A stretch of 56,599 bases of DNA, the filler included, from Jimgerdemannia flammicorona (lineage: Eukaryota), in NCBI GenBank assembly GCA_003990765.1. It is 2 parts of 2 records of this genome, joined end to end, with 100 filler letters (N's around TTAATTAATTAA, not from the genome) between each part and the next. Parts side by side here need not be neighbours in the genome. Positions count along the whole stretch, not along the records: positions 28,353 to 56,599 come from RBNJ01000577.1; 1 more part is not named here. One strand, written 5' to 3'. Below the pieces are notes generated by a model. The model saw only the letters and a list, made by a program, of their open reading frames with translations, was not told the DNA's origin and made no database searches. The position numbers were made by a program, and so were the translations under genes. Shown piece after piece: positions 35,361 through 47,879 of the stretch (the first letter of the stretch is position 1; the number at the start of each line of letters is the position of its first letter).

Positions 35361-37430
35361 TGTAAGAGGGTTGCTTTTTAGGGTAACTGTTACATAGTTC
35401 TGGAAGGGTTTTCTAGAAGTTCTGGATATTCTGGAAGACTATTTTCTTAAGGTCAAAATCAATTTCATATGGAGTACATCCTCTATACTTATTGATTTCA
35501 AGATTGGGTTGATGTCTCAATCAAAGTTCCTTTTTTGGACTAGTTCTGGATGTTCAGAATTTTCCATATTTCAGGAAGTTCAAGAAACTAAGACCAGCTT
35601 AGTTGAATTGATGTATTGCTGCAGACAATATCTAATTAGGAAATTTCATGATAGAGTTAGGAGTGGGACCTAACAGAGAGTGGATTTACTTAAGAGTGGT
35701 TTGTGGGTTATTAAATAGGTTTATTTGCTATTCATGATATTGCTATACTAGGAGTAGTTGTGTGAAGAAATATTGTGGAAAAGTGCTCAGGAGTTGTATT
35801 CAGATTGTTCAAGTCTGAGATTCTGAGGTCTGGGGGAGGGGGTATTTATACTAGTGAGGGACTATCTGGACTATGCTAAATATAGATGTAGCACTTAGTG
35901 ACTTGCTGAGTCAGAATGCAGTCACATAGTACAAGTGTGATCTGATATATCAAGAGATCATCTGACTGTTGAGTCAGTTCACAGTCACATTGTACAAGGC
36001 TAATCTAACTATACTATGACTGCTAAGCTATCTATAGATTTAGATGCTGTCTGGGTAGTCTTCAATGACATCACCATCAATGATATTATCTCTGATGAAG
36101 TAGTCATTTAGGAAGAGTTGTTCATGGATTAATTCTCCTTATTCGCTGAGATAATAATACATTGAGACTTCATCACTGTCCCATAGGATAGCATCATCTG
36201 TCTCATATACTGGGTATGGAGTTAGTGGGTGAAGGAGTGGTGCATCATCTTCACTTTCATTGGATTCGCTGTCTGCATACCTTCTATAGGTTATAGCACT
36301 ATGAGTCACAGGGTTGTAGTAAGCTGGTAGCTATGGTTCATATCACTCATACTTGGGTAGTGAGGTGGTTGGTTCATTCTCGAGGGTTGTCTGAAGATAC
36401 AGGTTGTATTCTCCTGTCTCTTTATTATAGTTGAAGTAATTGGAGGTAAATGTGAGTTGATATTTATACCAGTGGTCATTGTCCCAATAGGTCTTGTAGG
36501 TGATTATGAACTGTTGCAAGTTCATCAGTAAGGTTGGAGGGGTGATCAGGGTTGGTAGGGATCCTTAGCTTGAGATTATGTCAGTATCAGAGGGATTATT
36601 ATCTTCTACTTCATCTTTGTTAAATCAGATTATATTGTAGACATCCTTCATGATATATCTGACTTGAGGCATTTGCAGGATATGGTCATCAGGGTGCAGA
36701 AAGGTTCTGTCTGTGATCTGAATGTATTTGAGGTACTTGTGGTTAAGTTCTTATATCATATCATCAATTTGGCCATAGAACAGGGTAGCGACCATTTCAG
36801 CAGTAGTAACTCAGAGGTAGGGAATAATAGTGCTGAACTCATAGAAGAGTTCTCGATGTTTATGAGTGATGAGTTTCTGGTGTTGAGATATCTGGGTAAT
36901 GTCCATATTATGGTAGTGTTCAACCATGTCTTCTAGGAGGCAACCAATCTGGTAGTAGCTTGAGATTTATCTGATTCGGTGGGCCTCACTAAGTATGTTC
37001 AAGACATTTCATTGGGCTTTCACAAAGTAGAGAGGTGCTAGACTATGGATATTCATGAGGGGCAGAGGGGGTGTGACTCGGTTGATAATGGTATTCCAAA
37101 TGTCAGCATAGATGTGGTTGTAGATCTCAGTGGTCATATTTGTATATTTAGGAGTTGGTGTTGTATATTTGGTTTGTTTTGGTTCTTCGTTTAATGCATC
37201 TTGGTGCTTAGTATATATGTTTTTGGTTCTAATTGGTAAGATTCTGTTTGTATAAATCTTGTATTCTGTGACTTCATGTTGACTCAGCTTTATGTACTGT
37301 GACTTTGGTTTGACTTAGCTTCATGATCATGCAGGTGATTTCCAGATTTATTCAGAGATCGTGTGTGATTTTGGTGGCTTGTTCAGAGGGTGATATATGA
37401 TTTCAGTGGCTTGGAGGTTGTGCACTTACA
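35361..37430 (-). repeat. 5' LTR of element C (~2070 bp)
   Basis: Perfect 6-bp inverted termini; PBS adjacent at ~35346-35357; TATAAATACCCC at ~35839-35850; partner LTR not in window. Confidence 0.75.
36040..37137 (-). pseudogene. LTR(U3)-encoded accessory ORF, divergent family member (~365 codons)
   Basis: One frame from ATG 37137 with scattered stops: HIYADI...MNIHSLAPLYFV...YYQIGCLL...LITHKHRELFYEFSTIIPYL; motif order matches 39354-40190 and 3421-4251. Confidence 0.65.
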
Positions 37431-38875
37431 GATATGCTATTATCTCAATTCAATGAACTAAAAGAACAGTTTGCAGAGATCTCATCAAGTTTGCTGAACT
37501 TTGAAAAACTCTACTTTCTGTAGCATATTTCTGAGTCAACTCAAACATTTGGTATACTAAATAATACTAATACAGAGATAACTAATCATTAATATTATAT
37601 AGAAGTTAAGATACCATATCAATGAATAAATAAATATAATTCTCTTCTCTAAGTTATTAAGTTTGTAGAGTGCTAAATAGTACTTGAGGACAAGCTTGAT
37701 TATGTTACAACCAGTAAGTTCATAGATACCTTAAGCTCACTAATAACTGAGAAATACTAATATCTGAGTGCTCATATCTCTGAAGATACACTCTATATTG
37801 ATAAAGTTTCAAAATTTTTTGGGCTATATAATCTTAAACTTACTACTCAGATATTTTTTCATAACCTCTAGTTTGCATCTAGAAATAGATATCATTATCA
37901 AGTAAATAAGAAGAATCTTCTCAAACTTTCAAATCCAACAGTAAGTTATTTATGCTAAATCAGTCTGTGAATCTTTTTTGTAATATTTCTAATATCTCTT
38001 CTTGATCTCTGTAGATTAATATCTTTACCACTTTATCAATTGGAGTTCATAACCCATTTGTGAATATAAAATTAAATTTAGCTATATTTTGTCAACTTGT
38101 TCACTGCAAGCAACAGTTCTATAGGAGTCTATAATATGACTAGGTAGTGTTGAATAATCTCACAGATAAGTAGTTTGAGATAAGACAAGGTATAGATAAA
38201 TATCTTTTTGTCCAAGTTTGCCTTCTCTTCAAAATCAAGCAAGATCACTACGTCTATCAACTTATATACTTGGAGTGGTATAACATAGTAGATATTGAGA
38301 ATCCTAGTACTAAAAGCATAGTCTTTCATAATTGTGAGATAGGAATAACTATTGCTATATAGACTGAGTAGTTCAATATTATATTCATGAATATAATTAT
38401 TCATATAGTATATATATAACTCTTGTTTAAAAAATATGATTCAGTAAGAAAGAACTTAATAGATAGATTGAATATATATTCTTTTCATTTTTATTTAGTA
38501 AATAAGTATGCAGATCATATATTATGAGAGAAACCTTTTTTTTATTTGTAAATATATAGTTAGACTAAATAGTTAAGTATATGAATCAAAATACAATTAT
38601 ATAAACTTAGCATTACTTACAATTGTGATTGGTTTTTATTTGAGGAGTATATAGTAGTATTAGGAGTATGTATTCAATAAAAATTATATATAATATAAGA
38701 GTTTATAGATTATTAAAACCAAATCTTTATTAATATAAATTGAGATTTTTATATAGAGTATTTATAGTATTTATTATTCATAGTATTCATAGTATAGTAG
38801 TATTTATAATATAGTTTGCAGATTCATTATAGATATATTTTACATAGTAAATGTATCTCATCTTTTTATATATAT

Positions 38876-40432
38876 TGTCATGTAGTGGTCGCTGAGTCCT
38901 TCAAATATGCCAGATTCTCTTCAAGGTGTATCTCTTAGACTAACTCAAGTTTGTTATAAGCAAGTTCTTATTGGAGTACCTTCCCAAGGTCTTATAGTCC
39001 TCAAACTTCTTATCTTTAACTGTCTTGTTATCTCTTAGATTGCTTGCAAGGAAGTGTGTGTATTGCACTGAGTTGACTGACTTTATTTCAGAGGAAATAA
39101 GAGGGGTATTTATACAAAATATAATTCAATGGTTGCTAAGATATAAAGCTAAATATAAATTCCAATAACTAAAACTACTAAGTTCTAGGGCTGGCATTGA
39201 TGGTTGTACAGGTTTAGGATGCTGGCATTATTTGGTATCACATCAAAATGCCAGTGCTGGAACAATTTTGCATCACCTTAGAATATCAGTGCTGGCATTA
39301 TCCAGTGTTACATGAGAATACCAGTGCTGGCATTATCCAGTGTAACAAAGAACTTAGAGCAGAAAGTTCAGGATTATGAGGGCTTCATCATCATCATCAC
39401 TGAAATCATCATCATCACTGAAGGAGATGAGATACACGAATTTGTCATGCAGGTCACACATTTTGCATACCTCGATGTCGCATGGGATGACATCATTGCC
39501 AATGATGTCATCACATTCGGCTGTGGCAGGGAAATCAGGAACAAGGTCTGGAGCTCTCCAGTCTATGAGGTTCTCTTCCACAAAATAAGGAACAAATGTG
39601 GGGTCTTGGGGAGATCTAACCCGGATGCTTGGGCCTTGGAATACTGAGATCAATCCTTGCAGGAATTGGTCTGGGTTGTCCTGAAGAATGGGGTGCCAGA
39701 AGTCTTCTACTTCTTCACTGTTGAGGGTGATAGTGGACTGGGCTTCTGTAGCCACTCTGGCTTCTAGTGCATTGATATGGCAGGATGATAGGTCTCTGAA
39801 GTCTGAGACTCTAATATACTCCAAGTTGGGGATCGACCATGGTGTATACCTGAAGATCTGATGGATCTTCTTAGCTATCCTCATTTCATATATATCCATG
39901 GGAGTGGCATCTTGTAGCTCTTGGGTGCTGGTCTGTGGGAACTTCCAGCAGAGGAGGTTTCCTATTTCATACTCCTGCCACATTTGGAGGCATTTGGTGG
40001 CAATAGTGATTCTTGTTTCCATTTTACAGTGATAGAGGATAAAGTGATAGGGGTCTGCAGTACCCAGGTTGACACTAGGAGTCCTTCTTGAGTGGGTCCT
40101 CATGGCTCTTCTGATGTCTTGGAACATCCTTTCTTTGACTGAGATACCTTGGTGGTTCCTTGACCTTGAGGTTTGGCAGACAGCAGGCATTTCATTTGTG
40201 GTAAGTCTTTGAGCTATTTTGGGATTGGTGGTTCTTGTTGGTTACTGCTACTGCAGTTCCTTGATCCTTCTTTTATATTCTTCAGGATGCTTATACTGTG
40301 GTCACAATGACTTACAGTTGGTCATCATTGCTCATCTTGTATGCCGTATGATCTTCTTGTACTTCAATCTAGTGGCTTGCAAGGAAAGGCTGTCTCCTGT
40401 GCTGATGTCATCATTATGGGGTCACCATTACA
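38876..40432 (-). repeat. 3' LTR of D (1557 bp)
   Basis: TG...CA ends; direct repeat of 51151-52688 with an extra 18-bp duplication at ~39395-39422. Confidence 0.96.
39354..40190 (-). CDS. LTR(U3)-encoded accessory protein, 278 aa, unknown function
   Basis: Intact ORF wholly inside the LTR, upstream of the LTR TATA (~39104-39114), with TATAAAA at ~40271-40278 before it; homologs in A1 and C. Confidence 0.85.
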   Translation of the reverse strand: MPAVCQTSRSRNHQGISVKERMFQDIRRAMRTHSRRTPSVNLGTADPYHFILYHCKMETRITIATKCLQMWQEYEIGNLLCWKFPQTSTQELQDATPMDIYEMRIAKKIHQIFRYTPWSIPNLEYIRVSDFRDLSSCHINALEARVATEAQSTITLNSEEVEDFWHPILQDNPDQFLQGLISVFQGPSIRVRSPQDPTFVPYFVEENLIDWRAPDLVPDFPATAECDDIIGNDVIPCDIEVCKMCDLHDKFVYLISFSDDDDFSDDDDEALIILNFLL

Positions 40433-40789
40433 TCTTCCTCCTGAATAAAGATCTTTCTGAGTATCCTTATTCATTGGTCCAGTCCTGAAAAATTTGCTGA
40501 TCCCATAACCTCTGACAAGGGGTCGAAAAGTGGTGTTTATGGGCTGGCATCTTCTCTTTGTATTTTGGCATAATAGTGAAGGGTCGCTCCCTTCATATAG
40601 AGCAAGGGCCTGATTCTGATCTTGACCAATCAGTTGATGGTTTGAACTCCTCTGACTTCGAAAGTCTCACGGATGAGTAGTTGCCAGTGCCGTATCCCTT
40701 AGAGAATAGTCCAGACAGATAGCCTGCTGGTCACAGGACATGCTGTTACGATTTGCAGACTAGAACCTCATGGGCGGTCATCACGTTTT

Positions 40790-41434
40790 GCTTCTCTTAT
40801 ATAGGTTCATGGTATTTCTTGAGTCTGTTCCTATGTACCATGGTAGGCAGTATAGTCCCTGAGATTTTTCTAAGCCAGAAGGTAGTTCCCTTGATATCTT
40901 GCACATAGAAGAGTCCTTCCCATTTGGGCTCCAGTTTTTGCGACCATGAGGCTTCTACCATATTTCGATACAGTAGAACCTTTTCTCCAATTCAGATGGG
41001 TTCTAGGGCCTTGTGATTCTTTTCCGCATTCTTCCTTGTCAGTGCTTGTGACTTGGTGATGTAATCTTCAGCCTTCTTCCTGATTTAGTGTAGTCTCCAG
41101 ATTTCTGCATCAACCTGTCTCCAAGTTAGGTCTAGATTTGTGGCTAAGGTTCCATCAGAATCTTCTTCTCTGAAGAGCAGCTCTCTTGGGGTAAAATGTG
41201 TGCTCTGTGACCATATGTCTTGTAGGACAGAGAGGGCAGTTGGGAGATAGTTATCCCAATTCTCATATATCTCTGAGATCTTCGCTAGGATGTTCTTGAG
41301 GGTCTTGTTGATTCTTTCTGTCTGTCCATTTTCTTGAGGGTGGTACATGGTGGTCTTGATGTGCTGGATCTTGTATTTCTGATATATTATCTCATAGAAT
41401 CCATTGACAAATTCCGTTCCATGGTCTGTTGTGA
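40790..41434 (-). pseudogene. integrase C-terminal half of D
   Basis: GTEFVN, YHPQENGQTERINKTL, WDNYLP, KLEPKWEGLF (GPY/F-like). Confidence 0.9.
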
Positions 41435-44400
41435 TTTTTTTTTTTTTTTATAGTCACTTGGACTCTGTCATTTATTATCAGTCTATAGTTAAATATACAG
41501 TCTTCTACCTACTATCCGATCTCCATAGGAGGGTCGCGCCCCACCCCAATCCCAGTAAAGGCCACCTTCTCCCCAATAACTCTCACCCTTCCCCCACTCT
41601 GCCTACAAATTTTCCCCACCAGATTGCGCCTCTGGCCCTTCTGTATCCTCCAACCAAGCCACCAGCCCATCAAGGTATCCTCCATAAGATTCTGCCACTG
41701 CCCCAGCCAGACCTCCAGGCCCAGTCTCCTCCCCTCCTCGAAAACAAATAACCAGTGTCCGGCCAGCCCTACCCAAATGGCCAGTGCCCAGCCAAGCATG
41801 AGCCACTCTATTCGCACCCCCCCTACCAGTCTGTTGCTCAAGTCCTCCCACCGCCCCCGCATATCGGAACCCCTGCCCCTCACCCCCAAAAGGATCCCTA
41901 CAGATTGCCAAAAGTCACTAAGTACCTTGCACTCTCCTAACCAATGTTCTGGCATCTGTACGTAACCCCCTTCCTGACCCACATTATAGCACTCCTCGCA
42001 GTCAAAAATACCCCCCTCGACAAGGTGACCTGAGCGATAATTGAGCATAACATTCCTCCTCAATATGCGCCACCAAGTCACCCAATACTTTGGCGGCATC
42101 CAATTTTTCACCTCAGCACACCATGCCCAGACACTCCGCCAGTCCCACTCCTCGCCAATTCCAACACCTTGCCAACCACTGGGCCACAGATCCTGGCCTG
42201 GTCTCCTCTAGCAGTCTATTCCATCACTAATGTCAAACTCAAGCAATGGGACCCCACCCAGTAGCACCTGGTCCCATCTCCACATCTCCGGGTCCCAATC
42301 CACCTCTCCTTCATTTCCCTGCCAATGGATCCCGATGCGGTGTGCTCCCTCTGCTATCCCCCACCAGAAGCCTTTAAATTGCAATTGAGCAGTGTTCTGA
42401 AGTCCAACCAAAGACAGGAGATCACCAGTTGAACCCCGAGGCGATGACTGCCTCTCCCAAACCTTCTGCAATAGGGGAACCCAGCCACCCCCTCTCAATT
42501 CTATGGCTCTCTTCAACCACCAAGCCCTTAAGCAGTATAGCCTCTTTGGGAAGTCAACCAGTCCTAGTCCGCCGCTTGCCACTAGTAGGGACAAGACCTT
42601 CCAGCCTATCTGACTCCGCCTTCCAGCCCAGATCCATCCCTTGGCAAGCTTCAACAGCCTCCTTACCACTCAGGGTGGAAAATCCAGATGGTACACCAGA
42701 TACCACAACTTCGGCAGCCAGTAAATGTTCAAAATTGTAACACACCCTGCCAGGGACAGGTGATGGCCCCCCCAGCTCCGCAGGGCCTCTCCCCAGATGC
42801 CAACCCACTGCTCCCACCAGAGCCTGGGTAGTACTGACCCATACACCGAAAGGTAGATCCCCAAGTACCGCACTGCCTCACCAACAGGGACAACTGTTCT
42901 GATAATCTCCCCACCCACCAAACCATTGCCAAGCACCATGGTTTCGCACTTATGCCAATTAAGTCACACCCCAGAATTCCTCTCATACCACTCTATTGTC
43001 TCCTTGAGCTCCTCAACATCTGCAATTGATTCCAATCTGACCACCATATCATCTGCAAAGGCCCCCACCTTCCACTCAATGCCAAAAATGGAGAGCCCCA
43101 CTATCCTCCGCCTGATTCTATCCAATAGCAGTTCCAGAGAGAGAGCATACAGAATGGGGGACAATGGGTCCCCCTGGGGTACCCCCCTGCCCAGGGGAAA
43201 GGCCACCCCACGATGTCCATTACATATGAGTGCCGCCCGACTCCCTTCCAGTAGACTGACTATTACTGACCAGAACTGGTGCGGGACCCCAGCCCTATCC
43301 AAAACTTTTGCCAGCCAACCTCGCCTCACCCGGTCGTAAGCTTTCTCCTGATCCAAGAAGACCAGTTGCCCATCCAATCCACAAGCTCATGCCCCTTCAA
43401 TAACGCCATGTATCCAGGCTGTGCCATCTCTAATGAGCCATCTCCCTACAAAGCCCCTCTGCTCAATGCCTAAGATTTGCTGTGCCACCTTTGTAGTCTT
43501 GCAACCACCACCTTAGTAACCAACTTCCTGTCCATATCCAGGAGCATTATCGGCCTCCAATTCTTCCAGTCCTCTTGCCTTCCTTTGTTCTTGTAGAGCA
43601 ATGTCACCAGCCCCAGATCCTGCTCCCCCACCCATCTCCCTATCCATAGAATAAGATCATACAGTGCCGTCATCTCCCCCAGTACCCCTGGAATCCTGAC
43701 TATCTTCTTCCAAAAATCCCAGGGCAGACCATCTTCGCCAGGCGCCATACCCAAGATTGTCGCAGCAAGAACCTGGTGGATCTCCTCCTCTTGGACTGGC
43801 AACACCAAGTCATCCATCCCATCTACCTGTGGGGGTTGCCAATCTTCTAATGCATGGCCGATCGCATCAGCATCTACCCCACCCTCCTCCTCACTCCACA
43901 ATCCACTCCAGTGCTCCTTCAAAGATCCCAGAACATCTTGAATTCCATGGACCAGGACCCCATCCGAATTGAGGACCTCCTCCCACCTTTGTTGTACTCT
44001 CCTTGCCTGCAGAGCCCTTGTGAGGAACTTAGAGGGCCTCTCTCCTTCCTCCAAACCCTGCCACCATAACCTAGCTGCCAAGCCCTTTACCCTCGCCTCT
44101 TCCTCCTCTCGCAGCACCTGTTGTAGTTCAACAATCTCCTTTTTCACTCATATGGACCTCTAATTCTCCTCTCCCTCCAACATCACTAGTCCCGCCCAGT
44201 CATCTAAGAGCCTAGACAGTCTACTAGAAGCCCATTTCACTTTTCGCCTCCTCTGTTGCCCAGCCACCTTGCCAGCCTCACTCCAGTATGTTTTGGCCAA
44301 TGCCTTCATTCGCATCCACCGAATATCAACAGGGGTACCTTCCCGCCTCCAACTCGCTATCTGTAGCTGAATGTCTGCAGCCCATCCATCCCACCAAAAT

Positions 44401-47307
44401 ATATCATCTAACAAGGAGAAATTGAGGCACTAATGTCCAGGCCCATCCCTGCTACTCCCAAACTGACCCTGTCCAATAATCCCCCAGTGATCCAACCAAG
44501 GACACCACTCCACCTCCAGTGATCTCCAAACATCCAAGCCCCAGCAGCTGGCCATCAGAATCCAATCAATTCTTGTCCCCAAACCTTCTGCCCAATGCAT
44601 ATATACCCTCCTATCCCCCCAGTACTTCCTACCCACATCCACCAGAGCACTCAGCCTTTCCACTTCCTCCTATGCCACAAGTCCTCCACTCCGACCCTCA
44701 ACTCCTCATCCACCATCTGTTCTGTCTAACAGTGCCTCCCGAACCATATTGAAATCTCCACCCAAAACATCCATTCCAGCCTCTGTGAGCATCCCACTCT
44801 CTTGAAGACTCTCCACCCAGTCTACACATTCACCTCTCACAGCGGGGCAGTAACAAGATCCCACTGTAATCAGCTCCCATCCAGTACGTATCCATTCACC
44901 CCAGACCAGTCTATTTCCCCAGCTCTGCACATTCCTAATCTCCCCTCTGCCTTTCCGTATCAGAATCCCAACCTTTCCCATCCAAACTGCCTCACCGCCC
45001 CATTCCTTCATTCATTCCAGTTTATCCAAGACCTCGTCACATCTGACATCCTGCAAGAGGAAGAGATCGGCCTCCAATCCCTTCAGCCAAGTAAAAATAT
45101 TCCTATGCTGATAAGTGCCCCGCAGCCTGTTCACGTTCAAAGAAAAAATGTTGGTTGTACTATTCATAAGGGATATTATATTGTTTCAGATGAGTCCTCT
45201 ACTGCTCCATGGCCCCTTCCTCCTGTGCCCTGTCCAGGTCGTGCTCAGCAATAACTTCAGCTTCCTCGGCTCTCTTGGCCTCCAATTCAGCCAGAATCTC
45301 AGCCATCTCCACATCCTCCTTCTCCTCAAACTCCTCACAGTACTCCACACAAGCCTCCTGCCAGAGCTGCAGCCCATGCCTCTTATTCCAACAGTGGGCA
45401 GCCCACTCACCCGCCACCACAGCCAGAGCAGCTTCCCTCTCCTTATCAACCTCATACCCCTCCTCCTCTAAGTACACTGCCAGAATCTCTGCCTTCAATG
45501 CTGCCTCTACTCCATTGCCCTGCAGGATCCCTGCCCAATGCTCATCGCTCATCGCCTGGAGGTCGGCTTCCCCCAGCTCCTCTGCCACCAAGTTATCCAT
45601 CATCCGGCATATCCAGAGCAGGTTCCCCACCTCCTTCCCTCCCGGGGTTGCTGGTCTCCCTCCATCCAACATCATAGTATCAGCCCCTACACTCGCCGAC
45701 TCATTCCATCTCTCCTCTGGGACATCTACCAATTCCTCTTCTTCAGTCACCTCTACTAATCCCCCCTTCTCCCCATTTGGTACTCCAAAGCACACTTGTT
45801 GAGCACCGCACATCAGCACATCCTCCCCTGCCCTAACTCTTGCCGCTGGGTCTCTTCTGATAAGGGGAGATGGTGAAGGTAAATCCGCCCAGGTTTCTTC
45901 CCAAACCTCAAATGTGCCATCTGCATAAGGATCCTTGCTCGGCACCTTCTCGGCCTCCACCTGCCCTCCCTCCTCGCTCCTCCCACTATCTGCAGCCCAG
46001 ACACTCTCCGTAGCCCCTCCAGTGGTCGCATCATCACTCGCCTTCCTTGTCACCTCTGCTCCCATTTTTGCCAACAATTCCTTCTGCCTCCTGTGCCCTT
46101 GAGACCTCTCCCATACCTCTTTGTTGATGCGGACTCACTTTCCTCCAACTACCTCAAGATGTGTCGCCACCTCGAATGCCTCCCATGCCTTTGCCCTCCT
46201 CTCCACCGCTCCACTCAACTCCTCCAGTACTTCCAGCAAATCCTCCTCCTCCTCCTCACTCCCCTTCACTCTCGTCACCTTGCATAAGAAAGCTCCCCAC
46301 AATATCATTGAGGGCCAGTCCCGAGCCTTCCCAGTAGCCTCCCGCCCAGCCAACCTAATCCTGACGTCCACATCCCCTGTCCGGAGAGAGGTTCCTTCCC
46401 ACACTCTGAACCCAATATCAACCACCTCGCCATACTCCGCCATGATCTCCTCGACTCTCTTCCTCATCTCTACTGTAGTAACTGTGGGTACTCCTTTTAC
46501 CAGAAGTTGCACCACTCTCGGGTCCCACCACAGACATCTCACCATTGGTACACACACCTCGCCCACTGTCATCCCTGCCTTCAAAGCCTCCTCCAGTGGT
46601 CCAGCCTCCTCAAATCCCACCTCTACCCCTTCCAGGCCCTTCAGGAACTTCACAGACACCGCACCGCTCATCTGCTTCGCGATCAGCCCCAGAACCATTT
46701 TCGCTGTCACCACCAAGCCCTAGAAACACATCATGACTGCAAATTCCGAGATCGACTTTTTGAGTAATGGAGCCATGGCCAGCCCCATCACACCATCCGC
46801 CAGGTCCCTGGTCCTCACGCCCTTCCCACTGCTCGGCTCACTCCCATCTAGATTTTTTTCCAGATCACCTGTCACACCCCCATCAGTAGTCCCCGCCCCA
46901 GCCTCTACCCCCCCTGCTCTACTCCTAAGGCCCTCCAGAGAGGCACCCCCACGAGGTTGCTGTCCTGTAGCCTTCACCAGCACCTTCCCTCCCCTCAGCC
47001 AGCTCTCCAGACCAGCCCCCTGCTGACCCTTCTTCACCTTCTCTGCGAAGCTTGCCCTGCCAGATCCTTGCCCTCCTGTTCCACCCCCTCTGCCACCATG
47101 TCCTCCCGCCAGCAGACCCCTCATACTGCCCCCCAGACCAGGGCCTCTCCCTACTTGCTGCCATTTGAACGCTCCAGGGCCACCCTGCCCAGTATGCACC
47201 TCAGAGTGCATGTTGGTTGCCATGATACTAGTAGCTTGTCTCCAGAAACTGTGTCGAAAGTGTTGCCAGAAGGTTGTGTAACCTGAATGTTACCGGAGAA
47301 AGGTGTC
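41435..47307 (-). mobile_element. L1/Tx1-type LINE D, full length (~5.9 kb)
   Basis: TSD GGTCTGTTGTGA(TTT) at 41423 and 47309; ORF1 ~47223-45199; ORF2 ~45165-41512 (FSLNVNR, GGDFN, RIDWIL, PGEDG, LDQEKAYDRV, GVPQGDPLSP, FADD, YLGI); tail AGTCCAAGTGACTATA(A)n. Confidence 0.95.
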
Positions 47308-47879
47308 CGGTCTGTTGTGATTTGCTTTGGTGTCTTGTAGCGGCAGATGATTTCTCGGTGCAGGAAGTCAGCTATAGAGAGGGCATTGGCTTCTTGTAAT
47401 ACTCCTGCCTCTATCCATTTGGTGAAGAGGTCTACAATAACTATAATATAGCGGTTTCCTGATAGTGTTAATGGTAGTGGTCCAATGATATCCATTGCGA
47501 TGTGGTGGAAGGGGATAGGCTCAATTCTTGATGACCTGAGTGCCTGGTCTTGCTGATCTTGTTTCTGTTTTTGGCACTTGTCACACCCTTTGACAAATTG
47601 GCGCAGGTCTTCTTCCATCTTGGGCCACCACATGGTTCTTCTTGCCTTGTCGTATGTGTTGGTTCTTCCTAAGTATCCTTGCTCGTGTACTTCCTTCATT
47701 ACTTGATACTTCTTGTGTTCAAGTATTACTAGCTTTCCTCCTTTTCTGAGTATAGTGTTGTCTAATTCAAACTGTTTCTAAGTCCGGTTGATGATGGTGA
47801 TTGTCCAGGGTTCGAGGTGGTTGGGCATCTTCCACTGCCTAAGATAGCTGATTAATCCATAGTATAGCTCCTTATTCAT
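47308..47879 (-). pseudogene. integrase N-terminal half of D
   Basis: HEQGYLG...WWPKM...CDKCQ (HHCC-like), MDIIGPL, VDLFTKW, PKQITTD. Confidence 0.9.

Larger units (their letters stand above)
30889..37430 (-). mobile_element. Ty3/Gypsy element C: 2.07-kb 5' LTR, PBS, gag, zinc knuckle, dUTPase, PR, RT, RH
   Basis: LTR TGTAAG...CTTACA 35361-37430; PBS TGGTAGTAGCAG (initiator-Met-like); [50 protein letters not shown]. Confidence 0.9.

Noticed and set aside
37431..38875. AT-rich segment with ORF 38129-38404 (similarly 5050-5660, 21650-22140, 52690-53900)
   Set aside because: Probably heavily decayed repeats, but no motif allowed an assignment
39312..39647. Plus-strand LTR ORFs (also 40219-40488, 51478-51903)
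   Set aside because: Antisense to the conserved ORF, and similar between copies only because the LTRs are duplicates
39354..40190. Accessory ORF as env
   Set aside because: No signal peptide, furin/fusion motif or convincing membrane anchor; short, and located in U3
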